DNA of 64,000 nt from the NCBI GenBank assembly GCA_016937155.1, contig JAFGWM010000032.1, positions 11,902-75,901 on the forward strand. The letters are read 5' to 3'. Of this stretch, positions 1 to 10,845 are shown in pieces. A model generated the notes under the pieces. The model saw nothing but the letters and a program-made list of their open reading frames with translations, was not told the DNA's origin and made no database searches. The translations under genes and the position numbers were made by a program. This DNA is from Deltaproteobacteria bacterium (GTDB lineage Bacteria; Myxococcota_A; Polyangia; HGW-17). Within the stretch, counting starts at the first letter, position 1. Every line of letters begins with the position of its first letter.

Positions 1-14
1 CAGTTGCTCTTGGT

Positions 15-1145
15 TTGAGACGAACCAACAGGGAAATTGTGAATATGGTATTTTCCTTTATGAAGAAATTTCCGGAAAATTCAATAAAGGCTCTTCAGAA
101 AGCATCATCAAATATTTCTCTGTCAGCACTTATTGATAATTTTGGGTCACTGGATGTTGTGGAGGAATATTTTGATTTTGAAAAATTACCTCCAGTTCTG
201 AAACTTAATTTTCTCAGCAGATTCAGAAAACCCGAATTTTGCGATGAACTTAAAGAATATGCAGACAAAGTAGATGTATTTGATCTTATATACTATTTTC
301 TGCTTGAAGAATCTACTGAAATTCAAAATTTATTGATAGATGAGATAAAAAAGAAGGATGATTCATGTGAAGTTAGAGATGTATTTTTAAACTGGATTGA
401 AAAACCTGATAAGAATAACCCTGTAGTTAAAATAAGATGCCTGAATTGTAACTGTGTGTCAGATGTTGTTATAGAGAAAGCAGCATTTTCCGGTATTGAT
501 AAAAAATCATCTTCAGTTGCTTTCGTAAAATCATTAAATTACTGTCCCCGTTGTGATGAGATACTTTTGGGTATTATGGAAAATATGGAAGTTTTCAACG
601 AATATGAAAATATGGTTTTCAGGGAATCTTTTCTCTCACTGAATCAGAAGAAAATTAAGGATCTTATCAATGAAATCAGGGGAAAGCGATTTCTGAAAAT
701 GAATCCCCACAGACTTCTTGATGCAGTAAATATTCTGGAACAGGCTGAAAATTTTCTTGGAGCATCCTTCCTCCTTGAATTCTGGCAAATGGAAAATAAT
801 GTTTATTATTTTGAGTTTCTGGAGAAAAATCTTACCTATGGAACTGATGGAAATAATATAGTCAACCTGACATGGGATCACTGTATAAACAGCAAATATT
901 TTTTCAGATTTCTTTCAAAACAGAAAAACCATAGAGAGAAAACTCTGGAAAATATTTTTAAAATGCTTTCAGGAAAAAGATTTTCCGAAACTCTGATGAA
1001 TGAGGAATCATTGCCTCTTCCTGAATATGTTTTCAGGGAAATGGGAATAATGGCTGCTCAGCGATCACCAAATGACCTCTGTTTTTGCGGAAGTGGTAAA
1101 AAGTACAAAAAGTGCTGTCAGAGAAAAGGACAGTTCTGTGTATGA
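15..1145 (+). CDS. Hypothetical protein with C-terminal SEC-C zinc-binding motif
   Basis: C-terminal RSPNDLCFCGSGKKYKKCC is a SEC-C motif; internal CLNC...CPRC pair. Start uncertain (TTG 15 or ATG 45; near window edge). Confidence 0.7.
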   Translation: MRRTNREIVNMVFSFMKKFPENSIKALQKASSNISLSALIDNFGSLDVVEEYFDFEKLPPVLKLNFLSRFRKPEFCDELKEYADKVDVFDLIYYFLLEESTEIQNLLIDEIKKKDDSCEVRDVFLNWIEKPDKNNPVVKIRCLNCNCVSDVVIEKAAFSGIDKKSSSVAFVKSLNYCPRCDEILLGIMENMEVFNEYENMVFRESFLSLNQKKIKDLINEIRGKRFLKMNPHRLLDAVNILEQAENFLGASFLLEFWQMENNVYYFEFLEKNLTYGTDGNNIVNLTWDHCINSKYFFRFLSKQKNHREKTLENIFKMLSGKRFSETLMNEESLPLPEYVFREMGIMAAQRSPNDLCFCGSGKKYKKCCQRKGQFCV

Positions 1146-1167
1146 ACAGTATATGAATCTTTGATGT

Positions 1168-1611
1168 CTATTCTTTGTTTTCCGAAATTCTTTCCAAAAA
1201 TCCGTTGATATGTTTTTTTAGTTCCAGTCCAAGAATCTCAAAATATCTGTCCACAAAAAGTTCAGAAATTTTTTCCACGTTGAAATTAATTTCTATGGAC
1301 ATGGAGTCATCCTTCTTCATCATTTCGTCGTTCATCAGCATGAGTTTGATTATCAGACTGCTTATGGAATTTACACTGTCTAGGAAAACCATTGAATAGA
1401 TATCCTCAAACCGGTTTATTCCTTTGTTGTCGCTGATAAGTTCAGGATAGTGGGTGTGAAAAAAACTTAATACAACACTATGGTATTCTTCTCTGAATAG
1501 AAGAATAGTTTTATCGACAATTTTCTGCTGTATCAGTTCATCAAGGTCGCTGAAAAACATTGATGGCAACTTATCAGGTAAGGAAGGATAAGGAAATAAA
1601 AAATTTTCCAT
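1168..1611 (-). CDS. Hypothetical protein
   Basis: ORF 1168-1698 fills the gap between genes; start moved to ATG 1611 to avoid overlap with ftsK. No recognisable motif. Confidence 0.5.
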   Translation of the reverse strand: MENFLFPYPSLPDKLPSMFFSDLDELIQQKIVDKTILLFREEYHSVVLSFFHTHYPELISDNKGINRFEDIYSMVFLDSVNSISSLIIKLMLMNDEMMKKDDSMSIEINFNVEKISELFVDRYFEILGLELKKHINGFLERISENKE

Positions 1612-1690
1612 AAGGATATGGCCGGTTTTTTGCGAAAACCCATTGGGTGGTATATATTTGCGTAGATACGTGTAGGTATGGGTAGGTAAA

Positions 1691-4141
1691 ATGAGCACAG
1701 CAAGTCAGAGAGCAAGAACGCCACAGTCCCGGGAATTGAATATAAAAAGAGAAATGTGGGGGATTGTTTTATTAGGAATATCATTACTGCTTGGGGGGGC
1801 ACTTTTTTCTCTGCAGATGGGTGACGGAAAACTCATGGGGCCTTTTGGACAGCTCATGGCTCTCGGTTTGTATGCAGTTTTTGGTATGGGAAGTTATCTT
1901 GTTATAGGAGCAGTTTTTTCTATCTCATGGGGTATTTTTACCAGGAGATTTAATTTAAGAGATGCAAGATTATGGCTGGGTTATTCAGGTGCAACATTAT
2001 CCGGTACCGTTCTGATGTTTCTGATGTTTCCTTCATATAGACTTCAGGGGTTGTCAAGTGGTGGTAAAACCGGGGAGTATATAGGAACTCTGGGAATAAG
2101 TCTTTTTTCAAAAGTGGGAACTTTTCTGGTCACAGGAATTTTGATGGTTCTTTTTTTGGTTGTTGCAACTCAGACTTCTCCCACTAGAGCTGTGAAATTA
2201 ATATTTAAATGGGTTCTCACAGTTTCCATTTCTGTTGCTGCAGGTCTTGGTGTCTTTTTCAGATGGCTGGGTTCTCTTTTTACATGGGAACCCCTTGATG
2301 AATATGAAGAAACAGATGAAGATGATGAGCGCCTTGTGTCAGATATTGAAGACAAGAAAAAAGAAATTGATATTTCAGTAAAATCTTCTGATGCAGAAAC
2401 TGATATTTTAACTGATGAGAAAGAGTCATCAGAAAGTGTTAAAAAAGTAAAATCAGACGAGAAAAAGCTTCCGAAACCTGCTGTTGATGATTTATGCGAT
2501 GCTGCTGATACCGGAGAAAAAGAATCAGATCAGTATAAAGAAGTTGTAGAGGAAGAAAAAACATTTGAAATTGCAGTCAAGGACGAGGATTCTGATGAGG
2601 TGGAAACAGCCATAGCTGCGAAGGATATACTTACGGGAATTAAAATACACGAAGTAGTTAAAACAGAGGTTAAGAAAATTTCAATTCCGGAAAATGAAAA
2701 TTCAGATGAATTTTCCGGTGAATTTATTCTTCCTGATATTGATATGCTTCATTATGAGGCTCCGGAAAATGAAAATTCTGATCATCAGGCAATGATTGAT
2801 CTTGCCGACAGGCTTGTTACCAGTATGTCTGACTATAAGATTCGTGGAAAGGTGGAAGAAATCCATCCTGGTCCCGTGGTCACAATGTATGAGTTTGTTC
2901 CTGAAGCTGGAATCAGGGTTTCAAAAATAGAGTCTCTTGACAAGGATCTGGCTTTATCACTGGCTGCCACCAGAGTCAGAATAGTTGCTCCCATCCCTGG
3001 AAAAGGAGCTGTTGGAATAGAGGTTCCCAATGATATCAGACAGACAGTATTTCTCAAGGAACTCATAACTGCTGATGTTTTTACAAAATCAAAAAGTAAA
3101 CTGACAATGGTTCTCGGTAAGGATATTAAAGGAAGACCAATTATCTGTGATCTTGCGAAAGCTCCTCATTTGCTTGTGGCCGGTTCAACCGGAAGTGGAA
3201 AAAGTGTGGGGATAAATACCATGATTATGAGCATACTGTTTCGGGCAACACCAGAGGATGTAAAGTTTATTTTTATCGATCCAAAGATGGTTGAATTGAG
3301 TATTTACAATGATATTCCACATCTTCTCCTTCCAGTTGTCACTGATCCAGGTAAGGCTTCTCTTGCTCTTCAGTGGGCAGTTAAAGAAATGGAACGAAGA
3401 TATCAACTTCTGGCTGATCTCCATGTGAGAAATCTGGCGGATTATAACCGGAGAATTGAGAGTATTGCCCAGAGAGGTATTGAAGAAATTCCAGAGCATC
3501 TTCCGGCAATAGTTATTGTTATTGATGAGTTTGCTGATCTCATGATGGTTGCGGCAAAGGAAGTTGAAATTGCAGTGGCAAGAATTGCACAAAAAGCAAG
3601 AGCAGTTGGAATTCATCTCATAGTTGCAACTCAGAGACCTTCAACTGATGTTATCACCGGCCTGATTAAAAGTAATTTTCCCACAAGAATAGCATTTATG
3701 GTTTCTTCCAGAATAGATTCCAAGGTTGTTTTAGATAAGCACGGTGCAGAAACACTTCTTGGAAATGGAGATATGCTCTATGCTGATAGAGGGCTTGCTC
3801 CTGTCAGAGTTCATGGTAGCTTTGTCAGTACTTCTGAAGTTCAAAAAGTTGTTGAGCATCTCAGAACCCAGGGTTTACCTTCCTATGATATGAGTATTGT
3901 GAAAAATCCCGATGAGGAGCTCTTGGACGCAAGTGACGAACCTCTTGACAGTAAATGGGATCTTGCAGTTGATATTGTCAGCCGTGATAGGATAGCCTCA
4001 ATATCATACCTTCAGAGAAAATTAAAAATAGGTTATAACCGTGCCGCGAGAATAGTCGAACGAATGGAAATTGAGGGAGTTGTGTCCAGACCGAATCATC
4101 AGAATCAAAGGGAAGTGCTTATCAGTGCTCCTCCTGATTGA
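1691..4141 (+). CDS. ftsK: DNA translocase FtsK
   Basis: N-terminal 4TM domain, acidic linker, HLLVAGSTGSGKS Walker A, IVIDEFADLM Walker B, C-terminal gamma domain SISYLQRKLKIGYNRAARIVE. Confidence 0.97.
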   Translation: MSTASQRARTPQSRELNIKREMWGIVLLGISLLLGGALFSLQMGDGKLMGPFGQLMALGLYAVFGMGSYLVIGAVFSISWGIFTRRFNLRDARLWLGYSGATLSGTVLMFLMFPSYRLQGLSSGGKTGEYIGTLGISLFSKVGTFLVTGILMVLFLVVATQTSPTRAVKLIFKWVLTVSISVAAGLGVFFRWLGSLFTWEPLDEYEETDEDDERLVSDIEDKKKEIDISVKSSDAETDILTDEKESSESVKKVKSDEKKLPKPAVDDLCDAADTGEKESDQYKEVVEEEKTFEIAVKDEDSDEVETAIAAKDILTGIKIHEVVKTEVKKISIPENENSDEFSGEFILPDIDMLHYEAPENENSDHQAMIDLADRLVTSMSDYKIRGKVEEIHPGPVVTMYEFVPEAGIRVSKIESLDKDLALSLAATRVRIVAPIPGKGAVGIEVPNDIRQTVFLKELITADVFTKSKSKLTMVLGKDIKGRPIICDLAKAPHLLVAGSTGSGKSVGINTMIMSILFRATPEDVKFIFIDPKMVELSIYNDIPHLLLPVVTDPGKASLALQWAVKEMERRYQLLADLHVRNLADYNRRIESIAQRGIEEIPEHLPAIVIVIDEFADLMMVAAKEVEIAVARIAQKARAVGIHLIVATQRPSTDVITGLIKSNFPTRIAFMVSSRIDSKVVLDKHGAETLLGNGDMLYADRGLAPVRVHGSFVSTSEVQKVVEHLRTQGLPSYDMSIVKNPDEELLDASDEPLDSKWDLAVDIVSRDRIASISYLQRKLKIGYNRAARIVERMEIEGVVSRPNHQNQREVLISAPPD

Positions 4142-4314
4142 TTAAAATGCTGCTGCCCAATTACAGATTAAACCCTGTTTAATAAAAAAGTCATTCCTTT
4201 AAAAAAAGTAATAAGTTACATTATAAAAATTAATTAAAATAAAATTGAATTTTTTGAATTTACACCTTGGAAAAGAGTGTTCACTCAATTAATATTGTAC
4301 AGACAGGAGAAATT

Positions 4315-6042
4315 ATGGCTGGACCAAGAATATCTATTGCATGGCGAATTATTATCGGAACACTTTTTTTAATTCTGGTACTTCTGGGCGGGTTTGGTTT
4401 TCTCAGCACCAAACGTCTTGAAAAAGTTTATCTGGAAACTGGTAAGGAACAAAAAGAACAGTATATCAAAAACCTTCGGTTTGCCGGTAAAGCACAGGTT
4501 TTTACATTAGGAAAGCTTTCATCAAAATTTTTAAAATCTTCTGAGTTTAATGAACTGGCAATAAGTGTTCCACCTGTGGGCAGAGAAGATAGTAAAATAG
4601 ATGCGATAAGTGTTTTTGATGAGAGAGGAAATCTTATAGGTTTTTATGATTCCCGGTATCCAGGTGCAGTTGTTAAAAAAGAAGATAAAACATATCTGGT
4701 GGGCGATCGTACCCTTGGTAAAAAAGAAGTTAATTTCAGCGGATTTCCATGGAGTGAATTTCTTGTTAAAAGAGGTGATGCGCTGGCAAAAATGAAAGGT
4801 GCTGTAAAACGTCCTGACCAGATAGGTCTTCCCAAGGACAGGGATGTTCTTAGTTCCGGCCTTGATGGTATTATTAAAAACAGTGCAGAGGATCAGCAGA
4901 TAATGTTGTTTTCTACTCCAATAATTGAGGAAAATCAATATATTGGAACAATTGCCATGATTTATAACCTGAAGTCTCTTCAGGAATATGAAAAAAGATT
5001 AATCAAAGCGTTGAAGAAGGAACAGCAGGATTCACTAAAAAAAATAATTATTTTCGGTGGTATTTTACTCTTATTAGGAGCGATTATTGCAGTTTTTCAG
5101 GGTCTCCGAATAACCCGTCCCATCAAAAGTCTGGTGAGAAGTTTTTCCACATTTGCTCAGGGGGATCTTGGTCATAGAGTTCAGATTAAAACCAATGATG
5201 AAATTCAGATACTTGGTGAAGGTTTTAACTTTATGGCGGATAATCTGGTAATTCTTCTACAGGAAACGGAAAAGAAAGCCGTTATGGCGAAAGAACTTGA
5301 AGTTGCCAGAACAATACAGGAAACACTGGTTCCTGAGGATAAGGTGCATCGTTTTCCATTTATTGATCTTGTTGGCTATTTTCAGCCTGCATCAGAAACT
5401 GGTGGTGACTGGTGGTCTTATTATAAATTGAAAAATGATAGAATTCTTGTGATTATAGGGGATGTAACCGGACATGGAGTTCCCGCGGCAATGATTACTG
5501 CGGCAGCAAATAGTGCATTTGATACTATTTTGGCAATTGAAGAAAAAATACCTGATCTTAATTATGTAATGAGTGTTCTTAATCAGGTTATTGCTGCCAG
5601 TGGAAAAGGGCAGTTTTTTATGACGTGTTTTGCATCAATTATAGATCCCAACAAGAGTAATATAGTTTTTGCAAATGCCGGGCACAATTTTCCTTATATG
5701 TACAGACCGTCCGAGGATAAATTTGTGCAGATGATGGCCAGAGGATCAAGACTTGGTGAAGTTTCTGAATCAGGAGCATATGAAATAAAGGAAATGGAGC
5801 TTCTTCCTGAAGATATAATCGTCTGGTATACAGACGGAATAATTGAAGATGAGAATCCAGAAGGTATGGAGTATGGTGAAAAAAGATTCAGAAGAATCAT
5901 TAAGGCTGAGTATACAAAACCGCTGATACAACTGAGAGATAACGTAGTAAAGGATGCTAATGATTTTTATGATGGAATTCCACATCAGGATGATCATACT
6001 ATGGTGTTTGGTAGGGTAAAATCAAAGAATCAACCCGAATAA
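4315..6042 (+). CDS. Membrane SpoIIE/RsbU-type PP2C phosphatase with periplasmic sensor and HAMP domain
   Basis: Two TM segments, HAMP (ITRPIKSL...DEIQILGEGFNFMA), PP2C motifs GGDWW, IGDVTGHG, NAGH, YTDGI, DDHT; AGGAG RBS before ATG 4315. Confidence 0.9.
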   Translation: MAGPRISIAWRIIIGTLFLILVLLGGFGFLSTKRLEKVYLETGKEQKEQYIKNLRFAGKAQVFTLGKLSSKFLKSSEFNELAISVPPVGREDSKIDAISVFDERGNLIGFYDSRYPGAVVKKEDKTYLVGDRTLGKKEVNFSGFPWSEFLVKRGDALAKMKGAVKRPDQIGLPKDRDVLSSGLDGIIKNSAEDQQIMLFSTPIIEENQYIGTIAMIYNLKSLQEYEKRLIKALKKEQQDSLKKIIIFGGILLLLGAIIAVFQGLRITRPIKSLVRSFSTFAQGDLGHRVQIKTNDEIQILGEGFNFMADNLVILLQETEKKAVMAKELEVARTIQETLVPEDKVHRFPFIDLVGYFQPASETGGDWWSYYKLKNDRILVIIGDVTGHGVPAAMITAAANSAFDTILAIEEKIPDLNYVMSVLNQVIAASGKGQFFMTCFASIIDPNKSNIVFANAGHNFPYMYRPSEDKFVQMMARGSRLGEVSESGAYEIKEMELLPEDIIVWYTDGIIEDENPEGMEYGEKRFRRIIKAEYTKPLIQLRDNVVKDANDFYDGIPHQDDHTMVFGRVKSKNQPE

Positions 6043-6052
6043 GGGCTATATC

Positions 6053-8494
6053 ATGAATAAATTATTAAAGTTTTCAGTCATCATTATTCTCACTACAATT
6101 GCTTCTATTGCAGGTGCTCAGAATACCGGTGGAGCCGCCAGAGATGCCATCAACCAGTTAAAAAAAGGTGAGCGGGCACTTGATGCGGGGAATACCAAAG
6201 AAGCATATGACAGATTTAAAAGAGCCAGTGAAATAGATAAATCATTGATTGCCGCCTGGGAAAAAATGGCTTCTCTCGATTATGCTGAAGGTCGTTTTGA
6301 TAGTGTCATAAGTAATTGCAAAAAGGGTTTGAATTCAAACTCCGGGGATGCAGATCTTATGATGTGGATGGGTCTGGCTCTTCAGTACAAGGGAAATGTA
6401 AAAGAGGGTACTGATTTTCTGAAAAAAGCAGTTAGCAGCAAACCGTCCCTTGCCCTGGCATATTTTGAACCGGCAAGAAGAATTGGGCTTGGAGTGTACT
6501 ATCGTAAAATCAACGACTGGAAAAAAGCTCTTGATGCATACACAAAATTTATAAAATATCGTCCATCTGAAATCAGTAAAGATACCGATTATATGGTTTT
6601 TTTCCGAACAGGGGAAATGTATCTTAAACTTGGTAATTCCGCCAGAGCTCTTGAATTCTGTGATAAATCGCTGAAAAAGAAAAATCGTTATCCAAGTGCA
6701 CAGTGGTGTAAGGCTGAGGCACTTCGGGGTTTAGGACGGTACATTGAATCTCTCCCATATTTTAAAAGAGTTGCATCCTATGGAGGTAAAAATCCGCGTG
6801 TGTTTCTGGGTTTGAGTGTTGCTCTTTTCTACAGTGGAAGTGCCAGTCAGAGTCTTAGTTATGCCAAAAGATATCTGGGTTTCAGACCTCAGGATCATGA
6901 AGGACACATTCTTTTGGGGGATCTTTTTTATGCAATGGGTAAAAAACCTGACAGTATAAGAAGTTATCAGAGAGCAATTAAACTAAATCCGGAAATGAAA
7001 AAGGTGTACATCAAAACCGGGGTTACCTATATTTCCATGAAACAGTATTTCAAAGCAATTGATATTCTTGAGAGAGCTCTTAAAAAGTGGCCTGGTGATG
7101 AAAAAATACTGGTTCCCCTTACACATGCATTTTTACTTGAGAAAAAACCTGAACTTGCATGGAAACTCCTGAGTTCAATGGATATGAATAAGATGGGAGA
7201 GAAACTTCTATCTGTTTATGGTATGACTGCGGTGGAGTTTAATAAAATTGATGAAGGTGTGAAAATTCTGGATATGGCTTTATCCAAAAGACCGGGGCAT
7301 ATTAAAACAAAGGAGTATGCAGTCAGGAATCTTCTCAAAGTGGGATACAGAAATATCAAAGTTCGAAAATTTGATGAAACACTTGGTATTCTTAAAAGAG
7401 CAAGAGAACTTCAGCCTTCCAATGTTGATGTTCTTAGAAATATGGCACTTATTAATATTTTACTTGGAAAATCAGATATAGCTGAAAAAAATATAATTGA
7501 AGGACTGAAATCCATTCCTAATGATTTCAACTTTAACCATCTTCTTGGAAGAATCAGGCTTGATCAGGGAAAATATAAAGAAGCTGTCAAATTACTTGTG
7601 AAAATAAGAGAAAAGGCAAGAGCCAGAACGAGCGGTATTCAGGCAAGAGTGGAGATGGATCTCGGTGTTGCCTATATGTTGGACAACGATCCTGAAAATG
7701 CTGTGGATGTTTTAAAGGAAGCCTACTCAAATTCACTTAATGAACCAAATCTAGCTAAAAAAATTGAAATAAACCTCGTAAGAGCAATACTTGCAAGAGC
7801 TACTCAGCGACTGGGTAACGGAAAAGGACGTGATGCTCTCACCGATCTTGAAAGTCTTGATGAATACAAGGTTAAATTATCCGATACAGAAAACAGACAG
7901 AAGGATTTTCTGATTGCTCTTGCACATGTTGATCTGGGTAATTATAAGGAAAGTTCTAAATATATGAATAGATTGAAGAAAAAAGGAAGTATCAAGGATC
8001 TTTTTAAATCCCCATGGGATAAATTTGGTCAGGATCTTCTCACTGCGTATTTGGCATACAGGCAGGGAAAATATGATGTTGCAAAATTTAATTTTTATAA
8101 AACCTATAAAAATGCACCTGTAAAAATTAAGGTTCAGATAAGTAACTTCATCAGATCCTGTGATGAAATAGCTGGAAGTTCCATGCTTAAGGCAGGGAAA
8201 GCAGCTCTTGCATTGCAGTATTTCAAAAATATACCTGATCAGGGTTTGAGTGTTGCTTCCAGAATGAATAAGGCACTGGCTCTCTATAAAACAGGGCAGC
8301 AACTGGCAGCTATTGGTATGTGGAAAGCCCTGAATACTCCTATGGCTGCATGTAATCTGGGTGCCCATTATCACAACGCAGGGAACAGTGCGGAATCCTT
8401 TAAATATCTTAAGAAATGTTCATCAGCAGGTCTGGGAGGGAAGAAAATTAAATCCCTTATAAAAATTAAAAGTCTCATTTTTGGATACAAATAG
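6053..8494 (+). CDS. Secreted tetratricopeptide-repeat protein
   Basis: Sec signal peptide (…ASIAGA-Q) followed by many TPR-like helical repeats. Confidence 0.85.
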   Translation: MNKLLKFSVIIILTTIASIAGAQNTGGAARDAINQLKKGERALDAGNTKEAYDRFKRASEIDKSLIAAWEKMASLDYAEGRFDSVISNCKKGLNSNSGDADLMMWMGLALQYKGNVKEGTDFLKKAVSSKPSLALAYFEPARRIGLGVYYRKINDWKKALDAYTKFIKYRPSEISKDTDYMVFFRTGEMYLKLGNSARALEFCDKSLKKKNRYPSAQWCKAEALRGLGRYIESLPYFKRVASYGGKNPRVFLGLSVALFYSGSASQSLSYAKRYLGFRPQDHEGHILLGDLFYAMGKKPDSIRSYQRAIKLNPEMKKVYIKTGVTYISMKQYFKAIDILERALKKWPGDEKILVPLTHAFLLEKKPELAWKLLSSMDMNKMGEKLLSVYGMTAVEFNKIDEGVKILDMALSKRPGHIKTKEYAVRNLLKVGYRNIKVRKFDETLGILKRARELQPSNVDVLRNMALINILLGKSDIAEKNIIEGLKSIPNDFNFNHLLGRIRLDQGKYKEAVKLLVKIREKARARTSGIQARVEMDLGVAYMLDNDPENAVDVLKEAYSNSLNEPNLAKKIEINLVRAILARATQRLGNGKGRDALTDLESLDEYKVKLSDTENRQKDFLIALAHVDLGNYKESSKYMNRLKKKGSIKDLFKSPWDKFGQDLLTAYLAYRQGKYDVAKFNFYKTYKNAPVKIKVQISNFIRSCDEIAGSSMLKAGKAALALQYFKNIPDQGLSVASRMNKALALYKTGQQLAAIGMWKALNTPMAACNLGAHYHNAGNSAESFKYLKKCSSAGLGGKKIKSLIKIKSLIFGYK

Positions 8495-8503
8495 GAGCTT
8501 CAT

Positions 8504-9367
8504 ATGAAAGCCATTCTTTTTTCATTAATTTTTATGTTCACTGGAATAAGCGGTGTAAATGCTCAGAGTAAAATTAAAAAGTTGCGTTTTGGAATATATG
8601 CACCCAATACCGCATTCAGTTCGAACTCGGAACGATGGAGTTATATCAAGCGTATAGCCACATATGTGCAGGGTGTAACAAAGATTCCATGCTCAGGTGC
8701 TGCTTATGCTCAGTCTGGTGCTTTTGCTGGAAGTTCGGGAGCACTTGACTTTGCACTTGTTGATGGTGTTTATATGGCTACCAGAGGTGGATATAAAGTT
8801 CTTGCAACATCGGTTTATGGTGGTAGCAGTAGAGCAGCATGGGGTTTATACAGTCGTCTGGGAAACAGTTTTCAGGCTCTTCGTGGGAAAACACTGGTTA
8901 TTTCAAGAGCTGGAGGGAATGAAATTTCTCTTGTTGAAGGTCTTTTATATGGTGAAGTTCAGGTTAAAAAGTACTTTGGAAATGTAAAAATTGTTCCTGA
9001 TCTTGCGAGCGCTATTCAGACTGTCAGAAATGGTGGTGGTGATGCCGTTTTTGCACCTATGAAAATGGCAGGTGGTCTTTCCCTTGTATTTCCGGCTGGA
9101 AGTGTTCCAAATGCATCCTTTGTTCAGATAAACCGGAAAATACCTGCCGATATAGTAGCCAAGGTAAGAAGTGCAGTTTTGTCCATCGGCAGTGGTGGTC
9201 TTGGGGGTATGGGAGGACCGGCCAGAGGCGGTATCATGATGGGGAAACCAAAAGCAGTGTTTATGAGTAGTTTCCCTGGTATACTTGGTTTTCAGTTTAA
9301 AGGATTTTTAAAACCCTTTAAGGGTAATTTTGAAAAAGCACCTCTTTTAAAAACATTTATTCACTAA
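8504..9367 (+). CDS. Periplasmic PhnD/phosphonate-binding-like solute-binding protein
   Basis: Signal peptide; LRFGIYAP start, LDFALVD, LRGKTL, SAIQTVRNGGGDAVFAP, VPNASFV resemble type-2 periplasmic binding proteins. Confidence 0.6.
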   Translation: MKAILFSLIFMFTGISGVNAQSKIKKLRFGIYAPNTAFSSNSERWSYIKRIATYVQGVTKIPCSGAAYAQSGAFAGSSGALDFALVDGVYMATRGGYKVLATSVYGGSSRAAWGLYSRLGNSFQALRGKTLVISRAGGNEISLVEGLLYGEVQVKKYFGNVKIVPDLASAIQTVRNGGGDAVFAPMKMAGGLSLVFPAGSVPNASFVQINRKIPADIVAKVRSAVLSIGSGGLGGMGGPARGGIMMGKPKAVFMSSFPGILGFQFKGFLKPFKGNFEKAPLLKTFIH

Positions 9368-9424
9368 CATTAAAAAACTATTGATTATCATTCCTTCATC
9401 TAGTGATTGAACAGGGTATTTTTA

Positions 9425-9464
9425 TTGACACAAGTGATCAATCATCTAAAGTGGTGCCACTTTA
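9425..9464 (+). promoter_or_regulatory. Sigma70-like thiC promoter overlapped by a palindromic operator
   Basis: TTGACA (9425-9430)-N16-TAAAGT (9447-9452); perfect inverted repeat TAAAGTGG-TG-CCACTTTA (9447-9464) directly before the GGAGG RBS. Confidence 0.55.
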
Positions 9465-9476
9465 TGGAGGTGCCAG

Positions 9477-10760
9477 ATGGCTACACAGTTAAGCGCCGCA
9501 AGAGACGGTATAATTACAGATGAAATGAAGCAGGTAGCTCAGGATGAGGGTTATGCCCCTGAATATATACGAGAAGAAGTTGCCCGTGGAAGAATAGTAA
9601 TACCCAAGAATGTACATAGAAAATTCAGAGCTGTTGGTATTGGAAAAGGACTTAGTACCAAGATAAATGCCAACATTGGTGCCAGCAATCTTAGAAATTT
9701 TGAATCGGAAGAAGTTAAAAAACTTGATACGGCGGTGCTTTATGGAGCTCACGCTGTTATGGATCTCTCCACTGGTGGTGATCTTGATGAAATCAGAACC
9801 ACCATAATAAAACATTCACCGGTTATGATAGGAACTGTCCCCATTTATGAGCTTGCAACCAAATATGAACCCACTGATTTTACAGGGGATGTTCTTTTTG
9901 ATGTGATAGAAAAACAGGCCCGTCAGGGTGTTGATTTTGTAACGGTTCACTGTGGAATAACTAAAAAAACACTTGAAATTATGGATAATAATCCATCCCC
10001 GAGGATTGGTGGTATTGTCAGCAGAGGTGGTTCCCTGCTGGCTGCTTATATAACTAAAACAGGAAATGAAAATCCTCTTTATGAGGAATTTGATCGTTTA
10101 TGTGATATTTGTTTTGAACATGATGTTACTCTCAGCCTTGGCGATGGTTTCAGACCTGGTGCACTGGCCGATGCAAGTGATGCAGGACAGTTATCTGAAC
10201 TTATGGTACTTGGGGAATTGACCATTCGTGCCCGTAATCGGGGAGTTCAGGTGATGATAGAAGGTCCCGGACATGTTCCTCTGGATCAGATAGAAGCTAA
10301 TGTTAAACTGGAAAAAAGACTTTGCGATGAGGCACCATTTTATGTCCTCGGGCCTATAGTTACTGATGTTGCTCCGGGATATGATCATATCACCAGTGCT
10401 ATTGGTGGAGCTATGGCAGCTTCTTTCGGTGTGGATTTTCTGTGTTATGTAACTCCAGCTGAACATCTCAGACTTCCCGATGTTAATGATGTGCGTGATG
10501 GTGTGATTGCCAGCAGAATTGCAGCCCATGCCGGTGATATTGTTAAAAAAGTCCCCGGAGCATTTGAATGGGATAAAGCCATGAGCAGAGCTAGGAAAAA
10601 GCTTGACTGGGATGCCATGTATCAACTGGCAATGGACCCTGTGAAGGCACAGTCCTATAAGATGGGAAGTGAGGCCTCTTCAGAGGATGTATGTACAATG
10701 TGCGGAAAACTTTGTGCAGTAAAGACCGATACTGAAAGAAAGAATAATCCTCTTTTATAA
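9477..10760 (+). CDS. thiC: Phosphomethylpyrimidine synthase ThiC (short form)
   Basis: [58 protein letters not shown] and C-terminal CTMCGKLC Fe-S motif. Confidence 0.93.
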   Translation: MATQLSAARDGIITDEMKQVAQDEGYAPEYIREEVARGRIVIPKNVHRKFRAVGIGKGLSTKINANIGASNLRNFESEEVKKLDTAVLYGAHAVMDLSTGGDLDEIRTTIIKHSPVMIGTVPIYELATKYEPTDFTGDVLFDVIEKQARQGVDFVTVHCGITKKTLEIMDNNPSPRIGGIVSRGGSLLAAYITKTGNENPLYEEFDRLCDICFEHDVTLSLGDGFRPGALADASDAGQLSELMVLGELTIRARNRGVQVMIEGPGHVPLDQIEANVKLEKRLCDEAPFYVLGPIVTDVAPGYDHITSAIGGAMAASFGVDFLCYVTPAEHLRLPDVNDVRDGVIASRIAAHAGDIVKKVPGAFEWDKAMSRARKKLDWDAMYQLAMDPVKAQSYKMGSEASSEDVCTMCGKLCAVKTDTERKNNPLL

Positions 10761-10845
10761 ATTCCACTGGAAAATATATTCTGCACCTTAATTTTCATGT
10801 AAAAGATGCTATATTTCACAATTCAGGTGCGTCCGTGTATTTATT

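Noticed and set aside
9477-10760. BzaA/B/F (benzimidazole synthase) instead of ThiC
   Set aside because: The NANIG motif and absence of cobalamin genes or a B12 riboswitch favour ThiC; phylogeny is needed for certainty.
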